DNA of 64,000 nucleotides from Pseudogymnoascus verrucosus (Eukaryota): NCBI GenBank assembly GCA_001662655.1, contig KV460242.1; one strand, 5' to 3'. Shown piece by piece: positions 62,525 to 64,000 of this stretch (position 1 is its first letter; each line of letters starts with the position of its first letter). The notes under the pieces were generated by a model. It saw only the letters and a program-made list of their open reading frames with translations, ran no database searches and was not told where the DNA came from. The position numbers and the translations under genes were made by a program.

Positions 62525-63043
62525 CTATTCCTCCTCCCCCCTCCTCTCATACTCCCTCCAAACCCTCCACACCTCCTCCCCAACCTCCACCAGCGCCTTC
62601 CCCTCCTTAATCACCACCTTCTTCTCCCCCTCCACCGTCCCCGGCCCAACCCTAAAAATATGCTCCAGCGCCGCACTAATCAAAAACCTCTTCTCATCCA
62701 CCAATATCACCTCCCTATAATAATCCTGTTTCCACTTCGGCAACGTCGACGGCGCATCAAGGACCTCCTGTGGCGGCATGCCCGCTACGCCGTCCCAGGC
62801 TGAGATGTCGAGGTTGGGATCGGAGGTCGAGAGGGGGGCGTGTATCTGTGTTTGGTTAGCGCGGTGTTGGGGTTGGGGGGGGGGGGAAGGGAAGCGCACT
62901 TGTTCGTAGTGTTGGATTCCGGAGTGGAGGAAGAAGGGGATTACGAGGGGGGCGTGGACGTTGTACCAGTGGTGGGAGAATTCGGCGGGGGTGAGGGAGG
63001 GGTTGCGTTTGAGGAGGCCTTGGTCCATTTTCTTGATATCCAT
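62525..63043 (-). CDS. EthD-domain (dimeric alpha/beta barrel) protein
   Basis: LLKRNPSLTPAEFSHHWYNVHAPLV...WDGVA...VILVDEKRF; 54-nt in-frame intron 62846-62899. Confidence 0.82.
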   Translation of the reverse strand: MDIKKMDQGLLKRNPSLTPAEFSHHWYNVHAPLVIPFFLHSGIQHYEQVRFPSPPPQPQHRANQTQIHAPLSTSDPNLDISAWDGVAGMPPQEVLDAPSTLPKWKQDYYREVILVDEKRFLISAALEHIFRVGPGTVEGEKKVVIKEGKALVEVGEEVWRVWREYERRGEEE

Positions 63044-63706
63044 TGCGTTTGTGACTGAGGTAGTATATGATATATATTTTATTGCGGTTTTTGTTGGGAA
63101 TTATCTGAGAAAATATTTGGGATTTAAATTGTTAAATGGATTCTATATGTAGACCTTTATAATTAACTTTACCTGTATAGTTTATGGCTCTGATATCTCA
63201 AAATAACAGATATGCCAGTTCTAAGTGCTGACAAACGAATGCCTTCATGGCGCACTTGTGAGGCGGGATATCGGCAGCATCGGTAGTTGGAAAGGTTCCG
63301 CTACAACTACCAAACAAATATAAAGCGCCGAGAAAGCTAAACTTTAATGACACGTCTGAACAATAATTTACCCGCGAAAGAAGTACCCATGTGGCTATAT
63401 AGTAGCTTATATGATGCAATATTTCATGAGATATGATTATAATTACAAGACAGAATAAACAGTTTGATTCATGTATAAATAAGTCGTAATAAATTCGCCT
63501 TTCGAAGTGGCATTGATATTTATTCTATTTACCGAATCGCATATATTTCATAACATTGCCTTTGGCATTCATTTACTCACATGTCCACATAAAATCTTAA
63601 CTACCCCAAACTAGATCACGATCGAAATCGATGAGAAGAAGAACTCTCAAGCGCGCAGCTTAAGGCAGCAGCGCCATTCGGCCCCCCCCCTCGGCATCCT
63701 CAACAC

Positions 63707-64000
63707 CTACTTCTTGACCCTGCACAGCTTTCCGTTTCCGCTGGGCAGCCCATCCGCAGTGACGACCTGCCAGAACTCACTTCCGACAGCAGTCTGCGCG
63801 AAGAAGACATCCTTGGGATCGAGCTGCTTCTTGAGCTTCAGAAGGCGGGGATACGCCTTTCCGTAGAAGCTCTGCTGGAAGTTCGGCTCGAGGATGTCGC
63901 TCTCGGCGAGGTATGAACCCGCACCGGGCGACACGTCACGCCAGCGCTGCATGGCGCCGAAAGTGAAGTTCTGGCGCGTCTCTTTCTGGAACTCGGCGCT
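63707..64000 (-). CDS. C-terminal part of a FAD-linked oxidoreductase (berberine-bridge-enzyme-like), truncated by the window edge
   Basis: PGAGSYLAESDILEPNFQQSFYGKAYPRLLKLKKQLDPKDVF...VGSEFW...GKLCR. Confidence 0.88.
   Translation of the reverse strand, partial: SAEFQKETRQNFTFGAMQRWRDVSPGAGSYLAESDILEPNFQQSFYGKAYPRLLKLKKQLDPKDVFFAQTAVGSEFWQVVTADGLPSGNGKLCRVKK

Noticed and set aside
62525..64000. Secondary-metabolite cluster edge (EthD protein plus BBE-like oxidoreductase)
   Set aside because: Both families occur in clusters, but no backbone enzyme is visible in the window; needs the adjacent sequence.

Overview
Intron-containing genomic DNA from a filamentous ascomycete (Pezizomycotina; a Leotiomycete such as Pseudogymnoascus is only my unverified impression). 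Conserved genes: ERG5/CYP61, importin-9, REV7, an RNF216-type RBR E3 ligase, a GNAT/LYC1-like acetyltransferase, a short DCC1, a BUD3-like RhoGEF, a thiolase-like protein, the head-to-head class V/class VII myosin-motor chitin synthase pair, MIA40, an intron-containing tRNA-Ala(AGC), an EthD-domain protein and the 3' end of a BBE-type FAD oxidoreductase. Accessory content: (1) two convergent HNH-endonuclease paralogues, one with an intact H-N-H triad and one with His->Gln, bracketing a spliced 79-aa orphan with an N-myristoylation motif, the intact copy flanked by diverged direct repeats derived from the 3' end of the adjacent serine beta-lactamase-family gene; (2) a hydrolase/Zn2Cys6 TF/ERG5 trio with a triplicated CGG motif; (3) a complete RIP-inactivated hAT transposon with TIRs and an 8-bp TSD; (4) a 7-copy array of a 27-bp repeat with E-box-bearing variable spacers; (5) a secreted SH3b-NlpC/P60 hydrolase. 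All calls are from manual reading without database searches; splice sites are inferred from consensus and frame continuity.
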